Below, piece by piece: positions 12,122-21,809 of a stretch of DNA of 64,000 nucleotides; positions within the stretch are counted from its first letter, which is position 1; each line of letters opens with the position of its first letter. Both the position numbers and the translations under genes were made by a program. The stretch is from an uncultured Candidatus Rokubacteria bacterium. GTDB taxonomy: Bacteria > Methylomirabilota > Methylomirabilia > Rokubacteriales > CSP1-6. The stretch spans positions 64,001 to 128,000 of the forward strand of contig CAVWFS010000006.1 in assembly GCA_963754315.1 (NCBI GenBank). The letters are read 5' to 3'. The notes beneath the pieces were generated by a model. The model had not been told where the DNA came from, did not search any database, and saw only the letters and a program-made list of their open reading frames with translations.

Positions 12122-14371
12122 TCAGCGGACCGGGTCTCCCGTCCGGCCCACCACGCTGGCGACGGTGGCGACGAGCTCGGACGGCTCGACCGGCTTTGAG
12201 ACATGCACAAGAAAGCCGGCACGGAGAGCCCGCGTCCGATCTTCTGAGCGTGAAAAGGCGGTGAGCGCGATGGCCGGTAAGCCACCGCCTTTCGCCTGAC
12301 CCAGCGCGCGGACTCGCTTAAGAAGCTCATACCCATCAACATCCGGCATGCCGATGTCGCTGACCAGAACATCCGGTCTCATGTCTTCAACGGCGGTCAG
12401 CGCTTCTGGGACCGTCGCTGCCGTCACCACCTTCGCATCACACTCGCTCAGAATGCGTCTGAGCAGATCGCGGGCATCGGCCTGGTCATCGACGACCAGA
12501 ACTGTCACACCAGAGAGATCGGAGGGCTTGAAGTCCCACGACGAAACGCTGCCGGGATGGGTCCGCGGCCCGCCGATGTCCGTGGTCACCGCCATCACTG
12601 GGAGACGGAGGGTGAACGTCGATCCACGACCTTCGCCCGCACTGGAGACGTGCACGGTTCCGCCGTGCTGCTCGACGAGATGCTTCACGATCGATAGGCC
12701 CAGCCCCAACCCGCCCACGGTACGGGTGCGTGACGAATCGGCTTGGCGGAATCGTTGGAAGATGATCGGAAGCAATTCGGGCTTGATGCCGACGCCCGTA
12801 TCGGCCACCGTGATCTCGATCTGCGAGTCCACCCGCCTCAGCTGCGCCTCCACCCGCCCATTCCTCGGGGTGAACTTGATGGCATTAGAAAGGAGATTCC
12901 AGACGACCTGCTGAAGGCGATTGGGGTCGCCGGTGATGGGCCCCGCGGTGGGGTCGAGCACCTTGAGAAGCCGAATGCCCTTGGCCTCCGCCGCCGGCCT
13001 CACCGTCTCGATCGCTCCCTCGATGAACACCACCGGGTTCACGGGTTGAACATCGAGTCGCATCTTGCCGGAGGTGATGCGACTCATGTCGAGAAGGTCC
13101 TCGATCAATTGTGTTTGGATGCGGGCATTTCTTTCCATGACTTCGAGCGCATGCTGGAGCTCGGCGGCGCTGCCGGGGCGGGCCCTGAGGATTCGAACCC
13201 ATCCCAGAATGGCGTTCAGGGGCGTCCTCAGCTCGTGGGAGACGGTGGCCAGAAACTCGTCCTTGGTTGCGCTCGCCCGCTCGGCCTCGGTCCGGGCCGA
13301 TCGCTCGCTCTCCAGCAGTTCCTTGCGCGCCTCGTAGAGCCGGGCGTTATCAATGGCGATGGCGGCCTGGGCGGCCACCCCGACCACCAGCCGTTCGGCC
13401 CGTTCGCTGAACACACCGACCTCTGGATGGCCAAAGAAGAGCCCGCCGATGACTTCCCCGGAGCGGGAGACGACCGGCACCGCGAGGTAGCTGCGGACAG
13501 GAAGGTGCCCGGCTGGCATGCCCAAGTGCGGCGCCACCTGTCCGTATCGCGGATCCCGGAGAACATCGGCACAGCGGATCGGTCCCTCCCCCCGGAACGT
13601 CGGGGCGAAGAGGGGTGTGGCCCGGGGCCGCCCGAAGCGCTCGAAGGCGTCCCGGGGTGCTCCCGAAAGGGTGTACAGCAAGAACGCGTCGCCGCGGGCG
13701 TCGGTGGTGTTGTAGAAGAAGGCACCGAACCGCGCTCCGCTCAGCTCGGTCGCGGCATCGGTGACCGCTTGGAGAAGGGCCTGCAGGTCGAGCTGAGACG
13801 ACAGCGCGGCGCCGGTCTTGTTCAACAGCTCGAGCATCCTGGTCTCGTCGCGCAAGGCCTCTTCCGCGCGCCGGTTCTGTGTGATGTCACGGAAGCTCCA
13901 CACGCGCCCCGTGGTGCGCCCGTCGACGGCGAGCACACGCGAGTACCGCTCGAAGACTCGTCGGTCATTGAGGTCGAGCACATCGAGGCTGTCTTCGGGG
14001 GAGGTGGAGTAGATCTCGTCGATGCGGGAACGGTAACCGGCGCCATCAACGAACTGCTGAGCAAAGAAGTCCACGAGCTGGTGATGCTGCCGCGTGGCCA
14101 GGATCACGCTGGGAATTCGCCACATCTCGACCAGCTGCTGATTGAACCCGGTCACCGTGCCGCGTTCGTCGGTGACGAGGATGCCGTCCCACGTGCTGTC
14201 CAGCGTGGCGCGCATGATGGCCAGCGAACGGGCCAGCTCGCGCGTCTTGCCTTCCAACTCATCTTTGGCACGGAGAATCTCCTGCTCGGCTCGCTGACGC
14301 GCCGCCAGAATGCTCTGCGCGTTCTGGATGGCGACAGATCGAAGGAGGTCGTCTTCCGGCGAGGTCGGCAT
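12122..14371 (-). CDS. Cytoplasmic hybrid histidine kinase (PAS-GAF-HisKA-HATPase-REC)
   Basis: SHELRTPL H-box, NLLSNAIKF, DTGVG, GLGLGL; C-terminal receiver (VVDD, SDIGMP, KP). Confidence 0.93.
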   Translation of the reverse strand: MPTSPEDDLLRSVAIQNAQSILAARQRAEQEILRAKDELEGKTRELARSLAIMRATLDSTWDGILVTDERGTVTGFNQQLVEMWRIPSVILATRQHHQLVDFFAQQFVDGAGYRSRIDEIYSTSPEDSLDVLDLNDRRVFERYSRVLAVDGRTTGRVWSFRDITQNRRAEEALRDETRMLELLNKTGAALSSQLDLQALLQAVTDAATELSGARFGAFFYNTTDARGDAFLLYTLSGAPRDAFERFGRPRATPLFAPTFRGEGPIRCADVLRDPRYGQVAPHLGMPAGHLPVRSYLAVPVVSRSGEVIGGLFFGHPEVGVFSERAERLVVGVAAQAAIAIDNARLYEARKELLESERSARTEAERASATKDEFLATVSHELRTPLNAILGWVRILRARPGSAAELQHALEVMERNARIQTQLIEDLLDMSRITSGKMRLDVQPVNPVVFIEGAIETVRPAAEAKGIRLLKVLDPTAGPITGDPNRLQQVVWNLLSNAIKFTPRNGRVEAQLRRVDSQIEITVADTGVGIKPELLPIIFQRFRQADSSRTRTVGGLGLGLSIVKHLVEQHGGTVHVSSAGEGRGSTFTLRLPVMAVTTDIGGPRTHPGSVSSWDFKPSDLSGVTVLVVDDQADARDLLRRILSECDAKVVTAATVPEALTAVEDMRPDVLVSDIGMPDVDGYELLKRVRALGQAKGGGLPAIALTAFSRSEDRTRALRAGFLVHVSKPVEPSELVATVASVVGRTGDPVR

Positions 14372-15432
14372 CAGCCTACTCCGAGAATGCGAGCGGCCAG
14401 GGTGGTGCCCAGAACCCGGGACCGAATCTTGGCGAAGGCTGTCTCGCGACTGGTCGACAGATCATCGCTGAATGGCGAGAAGCCACAGTCATCGGTGGTT
14501 CCCAGACACTCGAGCGGAATGTAATCCGCCGCTTGGAGGATCAGATCCCTGACGTCTTCAGGCTGCTCGACGCGAGAATCGATCGGCGCCACCACTCCCA
14601 CGAAAATCTGCTGGTCAGGCTTCATGTACTGCCGAATGATGCGCAGAACCCGCAGGCGGTCTCGCTCGCCGGCCAAGGCGATGTAGAAGCTTCCCACCCG
14701 CAGTTCGAACAGGGCCGGCAGCAACTCCTCGTAATCGACATCGGCGCTGTGCGTGGAATCGCGGTCCCCACCCGGGCAGGTATGCACGCCCAGGCGCGCC
14801 CGTTCGTCCGGCACGAAGGGAGCGAGGGCGAGGTTGTTGAGGTCGATGAAGCGACTCAGCAGATGGGCTGACGGGTCGACCTTCATGGACAGGCGGCCCT
14901 CCGTGAAGTCGATCTGGACCTTGTGGGCGCCCTTCTCCAGGCACCGCCTCACTTCTGTCTGGTGCTCGCGCACCAAGTCATCGATGAATTTCTCGCGAGG
15001 GTATCCGGGGATGCCCTGGGCGGGATACATCAGGCTCAGCGCCGACGGTGAAATCACCGCCTGCTTGACGGGAACGTGGGCAAAGCGTTGCGCAACCTCC
15101 AGGAACGTGTCCGCGTATCGCCGGTAACGGAACGGCCCCTCGGTGAGGCGCGGCATGCGTCGGGTATGGCCCGCCGCAAAGGGTATTTGGAACCCTTCCG
15201 GGTGAGTGTTGGTCAGACCGTGCACAGGATAGGTCCAGAAATTGTGGTATTTCCGCTGCTCGCCGTCCGTGATCACAGGAGAGCCCGTGGCTTCGAACAG
15301 CGCGACCGTGTCGCGCACGGCTTCCACGTAGAGAGGCTCCAGGCTCGGGTCGTCGCCGCCCTTTTGTGCCGCCGCCTCGATCAGCTCACGCGGCCGGGGA
15401 ATGCTTCCGATCGGTTCGGTCGGGATCGTCAT
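14371..15432 (-). CDS. Cobalamin-independent methionine synthase II family protein (single-barrel MetE-like)
   Basis: IGSIPRP, ITDGEQR, Zn ligands in HTC and DDCGF. Confidence 0.85.
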   Translation of the reverse strand: MTIPTEPIGSIPRPRELIEAAAQKGGDDPSLEPLYVEAVRDTVALFEATGSPVITDGEQRKYHNFWTYPVHGLTNTHPEGFQIPFAAGHTRRMPRLTEGPFRYRRYADTFLEVAQRFAHVPVKQAVISPSALSLMYPAQGIPGYPREKFIDDLVREHQTEVRRCLEKGAHKVQIDFTEGRLSMKVDPSAHLLSRFIDLNNLALAPFVPDERARLGVHTCPGGDRDSTHSADVDYEELLPALFELRVGSFYIALAGERDRLRVLRIIRQYMKPDQQIFVGVVAPIDSRVEQPEDVRDLILQAADYIPLECLGTTDDCGFSPFSDDLSTSRETAFAKIRSRVLGTTLAARILGVG

Positions 15433-15514
15433 CTCGTCGTCCTAGGCGACTCGTTGAGGTGGAGGCGCTCGGGTCACCGCCCGACACGGCGGGCCAGACG
15501 CGATTCGAGACAAC

Positions 15515-15530
15515 TGCAAGAATAGGACCG
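15515..15530 (-). promoter_or_regulatory. Possible sigma-54 promoter for the MetE-like/kinase operon
   Basis: Minus strand CGGTCC-TATTC-TTGCA (GG-N10-GC; perfect -12, imperfect -24), 83 nt upstream of the start. Confidence 0.35.
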
Positions 15531-15637
15531 CGAAACCAAGCCCCGGAACGCCTCTCTCCGAGGATCGTCCCTTCTAGCCAAAGGGAAGCTCACGGCGAAT
15601 GGACGCAAGCTGCGCCGCCAAGAATCCCTATTTCGGG

Positions 15638-15666
15638 TGTAGATATTTCCAGACCATTGTAGATAT
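15638..15666. repeat. Direct repeat TGTAGATAT x2 (possible regulator sites)
   Basis: Exact 9-mers at 15638-15646 and 15658-15666 in an AT-richer intergenic stretch. Confidence 0.5.
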
Positions 15667-15814
15667 GACAGATACCTCGGGACGCGTTCCAGAGGCTAAG
15701 GCCGACAACGCTTCAGTAATTCCTAGTCGTCGACCTACCCGGGTCAGCTGCTGAACGGACGCTGGCGCCCCGCCGGCGCCGAAAAGGCCAGCCCGCACGT
15801 CTTCGCGTCGGCGC

Positions 15815-17599
15815 TCAGAGCGGTCGATGCCAGTAGGCGATGCCACCGAAGATGGAGTCCCAGCCGTTCGGGTCGACGCCGCTGAGCTGATTGGAAACGG
15901 CGTGGACGGTGCTCCGCCAGGTGACGGGAATGACCACGGCCTCCCGCACGACCAGGTCGTTCATGCGAATGAAGAGGGCCGCCCGCTTGACGGGATCCAT
16001 CTCGGTCTCTGCCTGTCGCCACAATCGGTCGTAGTCAGGGTGGCGCCAGCGGGTAAGATTGCGCCCCGTCCATTTGTTCTCCTTGGTCGGGATCTCCCAG
16101 GAGGTGAACTGGGCCATGGACAGCTGGGGGTCCAACCCGCTGAACACCGTATACATCTGGAGGTCGGCCAAGAACCGCACAGTGGTGTCGGGGCTGCTCG
16201 TGTCCGAAGAGAAGAAAACCGAGACCGGTACCGCCTTCACTTCGATCTCCACGCCGGCCGCGGCCGCCGCCTGCTTCACCACCATCTGGATCTTCTGGAC
16301 GGTCGGGCTGACCGCCGCCTGAAAAACGAGCTTCAGGCGCCGACCGTTCTTGACTCGAATTCCGTCGGCGCCTCGCGCCCAGCCCGCTTCCGTCAAGAGC
16401 TGGCCGGCCTTGTCGGGGTTGAATTCCCAGGTCGACGTCCGCGAGCGGAATGCCTCAGGAGCATTGAGGAAGTTGGCGGTGATCTGCCCTTTCCGTCCGA
16501 CCAGATGTTCCTGGATGGAAACCCGATCCACGAGCAGGCTCAGCGCCGCGCGCACGGCAGGGTCACCCAGACACGGATGCGCGAAGGCCGGGTGCGACCG
16601 CTCGGCGTCCGCGTCGCGCCAGGGATCGGACTGATTGCACTGGATGTGATTGACACCGTTCCCGGGCACGGTGATGAACTTTCCCTTGCCCCCGTGCTCG
16701 ATTCGCGTGAGGACGTCTTCCTCGGCCAGGATGTAGTAGCCGAAATCGTACTCGCCGGTTTGCAAGACGGCCCGCGCCGCACTCACGGCGTCACCGCCCC
16801 CCTTGATTTCCAGACGGTCGAAGAACGGACGGTGCGAGATGTGGTAGTGCGGATTCAGCACGGCGTGCACGGAGTCCCCGGGCTTGAAGGTGACGAGCTT
16901 GTAGGGCCCGGTGCCGACGACCTTGATCATTCCGAGCGCCTCGCGCGCGCCCGCTGCCTTGTGTGGCTGGAACACATGGCGCGGAAGCAAACCGTCGGTG
17001 AAAGCGCGCATCCAGAAGGGCTGGGGCTTCTTGAAGACGACCCTCACCGTGTGCGAGTCGAGCTTGTCGATGCGCGCGATGTCGTCGTAGGCAGCGCGGC
17101 TGGTGGCGGCGGTAGCCGGATCGGCGGCAAATTCCCAATTGAAGATCACGTCGTCGGCGGTAAAGGGCGCGCCGTCATGCCAGACGACTCCCTTCTTGAG
17201 GTGCCAGACAACCCATTGACCATCCCGGGCAACTCCGCCGTTGAGGCTGCTCGGAAGCTCCTCGGCCAGCACCGGCCGAAAGGTGCCCTCGGCCGTGGGC
17301 GCGGCCAGCGGCTCGTAGAAGATGCGCGAGGCGGTGAAGTCGCGGAGGCCACGTCCGAAATGAGGATGGAGGAAGGTGGGGGCGTCCCACATGAGCATGC
17401 GGAGATCGCCGCCGCCGCCCCGTTTGGTCGGACTGAAGCTGTGCTCCCGGGGCCCTGCCACCACCCCGTTTGCTGACAGCATTTGGGTGGCCAATGGCGC
17501 CGTGAGACCTAGCCCGACCATGGTACGGACGAACTGGCGCCGCCCCAGCCGTCCGCCTCTGACTGCTTCGATCAGCGCCCGAAGAGTCGATTCGTCCAT
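15815..17599 (-). CDS. Peptide/nickel ABC transporter substrate-binding protein (family 5)
   Basis: Tat-like RRQFV leader, WHDGAPFTADDV.F, GTGPYKL and VRAALSLLVDR motifs. Confidence 0.9.
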   Translation of the reverse strand: MDESTLRALIEAVRGGRLGRRQFVRTMVGLGLTAPLATQMLSANGVVAGPREHSFSPTKRGGGGDLRMLMWDAPTFLHPHFGRGLRDFTASRIFYEPLAAPTAEGTFRPVLAEELPSSLNGGVARDGQWVVWHLKKGVVWHDGAPFTADDVIFNWEFAADPATAATSRAAYDDIARIDKLDSHTVRVVFKKPQPFWMRAFTDGLLPRHVFQPHKAAGAREALGMIKVVGTGPYKLVTFKPGDSVHAVLNPHYHISHRPFFDRLEIKGGGDAVSAARAVLQTGEYDFGYYILAEEDVLTRIEHGGKGKFITVPGNGVNHIQCNQSDPWRDADAERSHPAFAHPCLGDPAVRAALSLLVDRVSIQEHLVGRKGQITANFLNAPEAFRSRTSTWEFNPDKAGQLLTEAGWARGADGIRVKNGRRLKLVFQAAVSPTVQKIQMVVKQAAAAAGVEIEVKAVPVSVFFSSDTSSPDTTVRFLADLQMYTVFSGLDPQLSMAQFTSWEIPTKENKWTGRNLTRWRHPDYDRLWRQAETEMDPVKRAALFIRMNDLVVREAVVIPVTWRSTVHAVSNQLSGVDPNGWDSIFGGIAYWHRPL

Positions 17600-17646
17600 G
17601 GCGATGTTCCTCCGGGTTTTCTCGTCGCGAGAATGTCGGAGCCAAT

Positions 17647-17665
17647 TATATCACGACATGATATA
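17647..17665. promoter_or_regulatory. Palindromic operator between the divergent SBP and MarR genes
   Basis: Perfect inverted repeat TATATCA-CGACA-TGATATA in a 76-bp divergent gap. Confidence 0.7.
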
Positions 17666-17675
17666 CATAGGCGGG

Positions 17676-18191
17676 ATGGGTACCAGCCCCCGTGTCGACT
17701 ACCAGACCCTGGCCGACCTGCGCTACCAGATCCGGCGCTTTCTTCGGGTGCGCGAGGTGGCAGCCCGCGCGGCCGGGGTAGAGCCTCAGCAGTACCTGGT
17801 CCTGCTTCAGGTCAAGGGGCTGGCAGGCCGGCGAGAAGCCACCATCGGCACTCTGGCCGAGCGCCTTCAGATCCGGCACCACGGCGTAGTGCAACTCGTC
17901 GATCGCTTGGCCAAGCGGGGACTGGTGAAACGTCGCCAGGGCGGCCGCGACCGTCGAGCGGTGGCGATCGACCTTCTCCCCGCTGGCGAGGCCCTGCTGG
18001 GCCGGTTGGCCCGCCAGTCAGTCCACGAGCTCAAGTCAGAAGGACCCACCCTCGTGGCCTCCTTGAAGCGGCTGGTCGCAGACTCGGGTCGGAACGGCGT
18101 GCCCCAGAACGCCCTACCCCTCGAGGGTGGCCGGATGCGCCACGACAGGCCCGCCCTTGGCATCGATCCCAGTCGGGTCCCGCGGCTCTAA
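17676..18191 (+). CDS. MarR-family transcriptional regulator
   Basis: LADLRYQIRRFL, PQQYLVLL, TIGTLAERL..HH.VV.LVDRL..RGLV..DRR winged-HTH pattern. Confidence 0.85.
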   Translation: MGTSPRVDYQTLADLRYQIRRFLRVREVAARAAGVEPQQYLVLLQVKGLAGRREATIGTLAERLQIRHHGVVQLVDRLAKRGLVKRRQGGRDRRAVAIDLLPAGEALLGRLARQSVHELKSEGPTLVASLKRLVADSGRNGVPQNALPLEGGRMRHDRPALGIDPSRVPRL

Positions 18192-18352
18192 CGCCCGGCA
18201 GCGCGGTAGACAACCTTCACCACCCGATCGCGGGCTGTCTTCCGCAGGGTTTTCGTCATTGCCTTCGCGAGCGGGGAGCCCTTGTCGAGGCCCTGACACG
18301 AACGTCGAAAGCCGGTCGAGCTCCTGTGCGCGACGAGGAGAGGCGGGGAGTG

Positions 18353-18649
18353 TTAGTTGCCCGCGGCCAGCGCCTGCATGTGATCGGCCAGCTCGAAGTC
18401 GAGCGCCGTAATGCCCGACGCGTCGTGGGTCATCAGGTCGACCACGACCCGGTTGTAAACATTGAACCACTCGGGATGATGACCCATGGCTTCAGCCCGC
18501 AGGGCGGCGCCCGCCATGAACGCGAAGGCTCGGATGAAATCGGGGAAGGTAAATTCCCGGTGAAGCTTGCCCGATCGGAGCGCCCAGCCCGGCAGCTGCT
18601 CCAAGCGCCGTCTGATCTCGTCGTCGGGTAGTCGAGCTGGCCTTGTCAT
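18353..18649 (-). CDS. phhB: Pterin-4-alpha-carbinolamine dehydratase
   Basis: HHPEWFNVYNRV..L.THD..GIT.LD signature. Confidence 0.9.
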   Translation of the reverse strand: MTRPARLPDDEIRRRLEQLPGWALRSGKLHREFTFPDFIRAFAFMAGAALRAEAMGHHPEWFNVYNRVVVDLMTHDASGITALDFELADHMQALAAGN

Positions 18650-18652
18650 CGC

Positions 18653-19417
18653 TCAGGCCACCGCTGCCGCCAACGCGGGCCGGGTATACCAGCTGAAGAC
18701 GCCGTCCGTCATGGGGCGGATGTTCAGCTCCTCGCGCCAGTCGGCAAGAGGGCGCTCGAACCCGAGCTCCCACTTGACCGGGAAGAGGGGCTTGGCCGCC
18801 TGTCCCATCTCGACCCCCATCGACAGAACACGGTAGCGGTAGCCCAGTGTCTTGCCGATCTCGCTCGGGGGGAGGTCTTCGCGATAGAGCTGCTCGCTGG
18901 AGAAGAATTGGATGAGCATGCCTAGCAGGCCGAGGAACACGAAGGCGGGATAGCCGAACTGAGCCGAGCTCACCGAGATGACCCCGAGCTCGCCCAAGTC
19001 GTCAAGGCTGAACCCCGTCAGGACGTGGTGGATGTCGTGGGTCTTGTAGACCCGGAAGTTCACGTAGGCGGCATCGTCGGCAAATCGCTCGGGCTGACGG
19101 TAGAACTGGGGATCGTATCCCATCGTGGTCATCACCTGAGCGTATGTCCACCCGAGCGAATACTTGGGCATTCGCGACATTGCTCCCACATCATAGGCCG
19201 GCCCGACATAGCGCTCCTCTAGCATCCGGGCCGAGGCCGGGTCGCTCCGGAGGGCCGTGAGGCATCGATTCATTGGCCGACTCTGGTTGAGGCGGTCGCT
19301 CAGGTCGAAGACGTTGTTCACGTCCTTTCCGGCGCCGGCCGCCAGGTCCACCAGTTCGAGAAACTTCGTGAGATTGTCTCGGCTGGCGAGGTCATTGATG
19401 TACTTGAAGCTGCCCAT
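18653..19417 (-). CDS. Coq4-family protein
   Basis: SLG..Y and THDIHHVLTGF....LGE metal-binding motif, KPLFPVKWE; start placed at ATG 19417. Confidence 0.8.
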   Translation of the reverse strand: MGSFKYINDLASRDNLTKFLELVDLAAGAGKDVNNVFDLSDRLNQSRPMNRCLTALRSDPASARMLEERYVGPAYDVGAMSRMPKYSLGWTYAQVMTTMGYDPQFYRQPERFADDAAYVNFRVYKTHDIHHVLTGFSLDDLGELGVISVSSAQFGYPAFVFLGLLGMLIQFFSSEQLYREDLPPSEIGKTLGYRYRVLSMGVEMGQAAKPLFPVKWELGFERPLADWREELNIRPMTDGVFSWYTRPALAAAVA

Positions 19418-19977
19418 GGCAGAGGCCCTCCCGCTCTGAAGCGTAATCCAGCTGCCTGCGTACGACGTCGGAACAGGGTGGATTATGGTCGACGCTGCAG
19501 AAGTCGGCAAGGAGACGCGGCGTCCGACATTCCTGCGTCTCGCATCTCCCATTGATACCAGAGTAATGCTGTATTGCGCGCCCGCCTCCGCGTTGCTGCC
19601 TCTCAATCGCCACTGTCACTGCTGTCACGTCGACATTCGATATTCTGACGGTTTTCGCACTGGCTCGAGGGTTCGTTTTACGGTGGCTGCCGTCTAACTA
19701 GCCGTGGGCGATGAAATCTTCGGGATGACTCCGCCCTGGGCTTTTTCGGCACGTTCCTGGCAGACGAGGTCCGAATTCTGACGATTTCTTGTCCCATTCA
19801 CCCGGAGACGTACGGGGGGATCGCCATGCCAGGCAAGGGTCTGCTCGACACGCACGATGACATCTCGGCGTCGCCTCATTGCTCGGAGTCCGCCGATCTT
19901 CCATCCGGAGAACGTGGCTGGTCGCGCGCCCGTACCCACAGAAATGCGCTTTCCTCTTGCGCCAAGGCAGGAAATTC

Positions 19978-21026
19978 ATGCGGTCTGGTCGCGCAGGTGA
20001 TGGTCATCGTGGCTTTTGTTTTCCTGGTTGCACCGGTTGTGTTTGCGCAGGCCACGATCTCCATGGGGGAGACAGCGATTCTGAGCAGCGAGGACAATGG
20101 CAACAAGGGCTCGCTGGTGGCTCAGGAAGCTCCGCTCAGCCGCGCCGCCACGGTCCAGAGCCTGTCCTTCTACGTGACCAAGGCCGAAGGGGAGTTGCGA
20201 CTCGGAGTCTTTGATAGCACTGGCCCGAATGGTGGGCCCGGGGTCAAGAAGGCCGAGACCGTGGCCTTCACACCGCGTGTCGGCTGGAACACCCAGTCGG
20301 TGACGGCGCCGGTACTCCTGCCGGCCGGGACGTACTGGCTAGCCTTCCTCCCGTCGAGTGGCAAACTCACGTTTCGTCGGCAATTCAACGGGGAGGCGCG
20401 GTCCTATCGCCAGCGCATTCGGTCCGCTGCCGGCGACGTTCTCGAGATCGCCAAAGGTGGAGAGCGGCCACTGGTCGCTCTACGCGACATTGAACCCGTC
20501 CAGTGGAGGATCCGGCGGTGGATCCGGCGGCGGATGGGTGGTGGTGGACCGGTGGGGGGCCCCCCGTGGTCAGCTTCACAGCGGCTCCCCTGACGATCCT
20601 ACCCGGCCAATCCACTGCCTTGGTATGGTCATCCACGAACGCCACGAGCTGTACAGCATCGGGCGGATGGAGTGGCTCGCAGCCTCTCGCCGGCGACTTG
20701 CTCGTATTGACGGCGTCGACTGCCACCTACACGCTGACCTGCACCGGGCCGGGGGATCAACCGCGAAGTCGGTGACGGTCACCGTTGCCGGTCCTGCTCG
20801 ACTCACGCTGACCTGGGTCGACAATGCGGCCGGGAACGCGATCTTCAAGATCGAGCGCAGGATCGCAGCGGGGGGGACATACGCGCAGATCGCGACGACG
20901 AGCGCGGGAGCCACCCAGTATGTCGATGCAACCCCCGCCAGGGGTAATACCTACTGCTACCGCGTGCGGGCCTGGACCGCTGGCGGCAACTCGCAGTATT
21001 CGAACGAGGCGTGTGCCACCCTGTGA
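19978..21026 (+). CDS. Secreted modular protein with C-terminal fibronectin type III domain (several frameshifts)
   Basis: Signal peptide (..VAPVVFAQ), beta-rich N-domain, GGSGGG linker, Ig-like repeat (FTA.P..I..GQS..L.WSSTNATSC..YTLTC.G.GG), FN3 (LTWVDN..F.IER..Y.D...YCYRVRA..S.YSNEAC). Pieces are collinear across three frames; start uncertain (19978-20000). Confidence 0.7.
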
Positions 21027-21342
21027 CGCCTGTTCGGTGCCTGCGAAGCGGTCTTCCCGAGCACCGGGGAGGTCCGGCCATGAGTCGCGGCCATGAAGGG
21101 TCCGCCGGTGGGAGGGGTCCTGGGGTGCCAGTTTGCTGCCCTTCCGCTCCCCTTGGAACGTTCGAGAATGAGGTTCGGCGGTAACAATTTTGGCGCCTCG
21201 ATTGGCCAGGCTCCGAACAGACGGCCTACCGCCTCCGGCTTCTTGCCGGACAGGGGAGCCTATCGCACCTGTAAGTGCTTTCGTTTCGGCCCCTTAGGCT
21301 ACACTGCGCCCCTCCCTCCGCAGCCGTACGTGGGAACGTCCT

Positions 21343-21358
21343 TGGCACCTCGGTTGCT
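21343..21358 (+). promoter_or_regulatory. Sigma-54 promoter heading the EPS export operon
   Basis: TGGCAC-CTCGG-TTGCT, an exact match to TGGCAC-N5-TTGCW. Confidence 0.8.
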
Positions 21359-21482
21359 CTTACATTTCGCTACCGTGAAGAGCGTTTTGGATGAGCCACA
21401 AACGAATGGAGCATGGCCGGGGGAGGCGCAGCAGCGTGCGCGATGGAGGCATCTGGCAGCAACAGCGTACGATTCGTGACTG

Positions 21483-21743
21483 ATGGTACCCCCCCTACCG
21501 TCTAACCGGGCTGGGGCTCTGACCCTCGTGCCCTTATCACCCCGCGTCGCCTCGAGCCCGGCCCGCGCAGAAGAGGGGCTCAAGGCGATCGGTCGGCGCG
21601 CGGCCCTCGAGGCCGAGTGCGCGGTGTTGAGGGCGGTGCTGCAGGAAGTCCGCTGGAATCGACGCCAAGCAGCCAGGCGACTCAAGGTCAGTTACAAGAC
21701 ATTGCGATCAAGGATCCGTCAGTGCGGCCTGGACAAGAATTGA
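21483..21743 (+). CDS. Stand-alone Fis-type (HTH_8) DNA-binding mini-protein
   Basis: EAECAVLRAVL..V.WNR..AARRL.VSYKTL...I...GL; no AAA+ or receiver domain upstream. Confidence 0.75.
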   Translation: MVPPLPSNRAGALTLVPLSPRVASSPARAEEGLKAIGRRAALEAECAVLRAVLQEVRWNRRQAARRLKVSYKTLRSRIRQCGLDKN

Positions 21744-21809
21744 CACCCCGGGGGGCCACTTGGGGTTGTCCCCCGCCACGTCCGATCAACAGGCCGTGAG
21801 GAGTCATGG

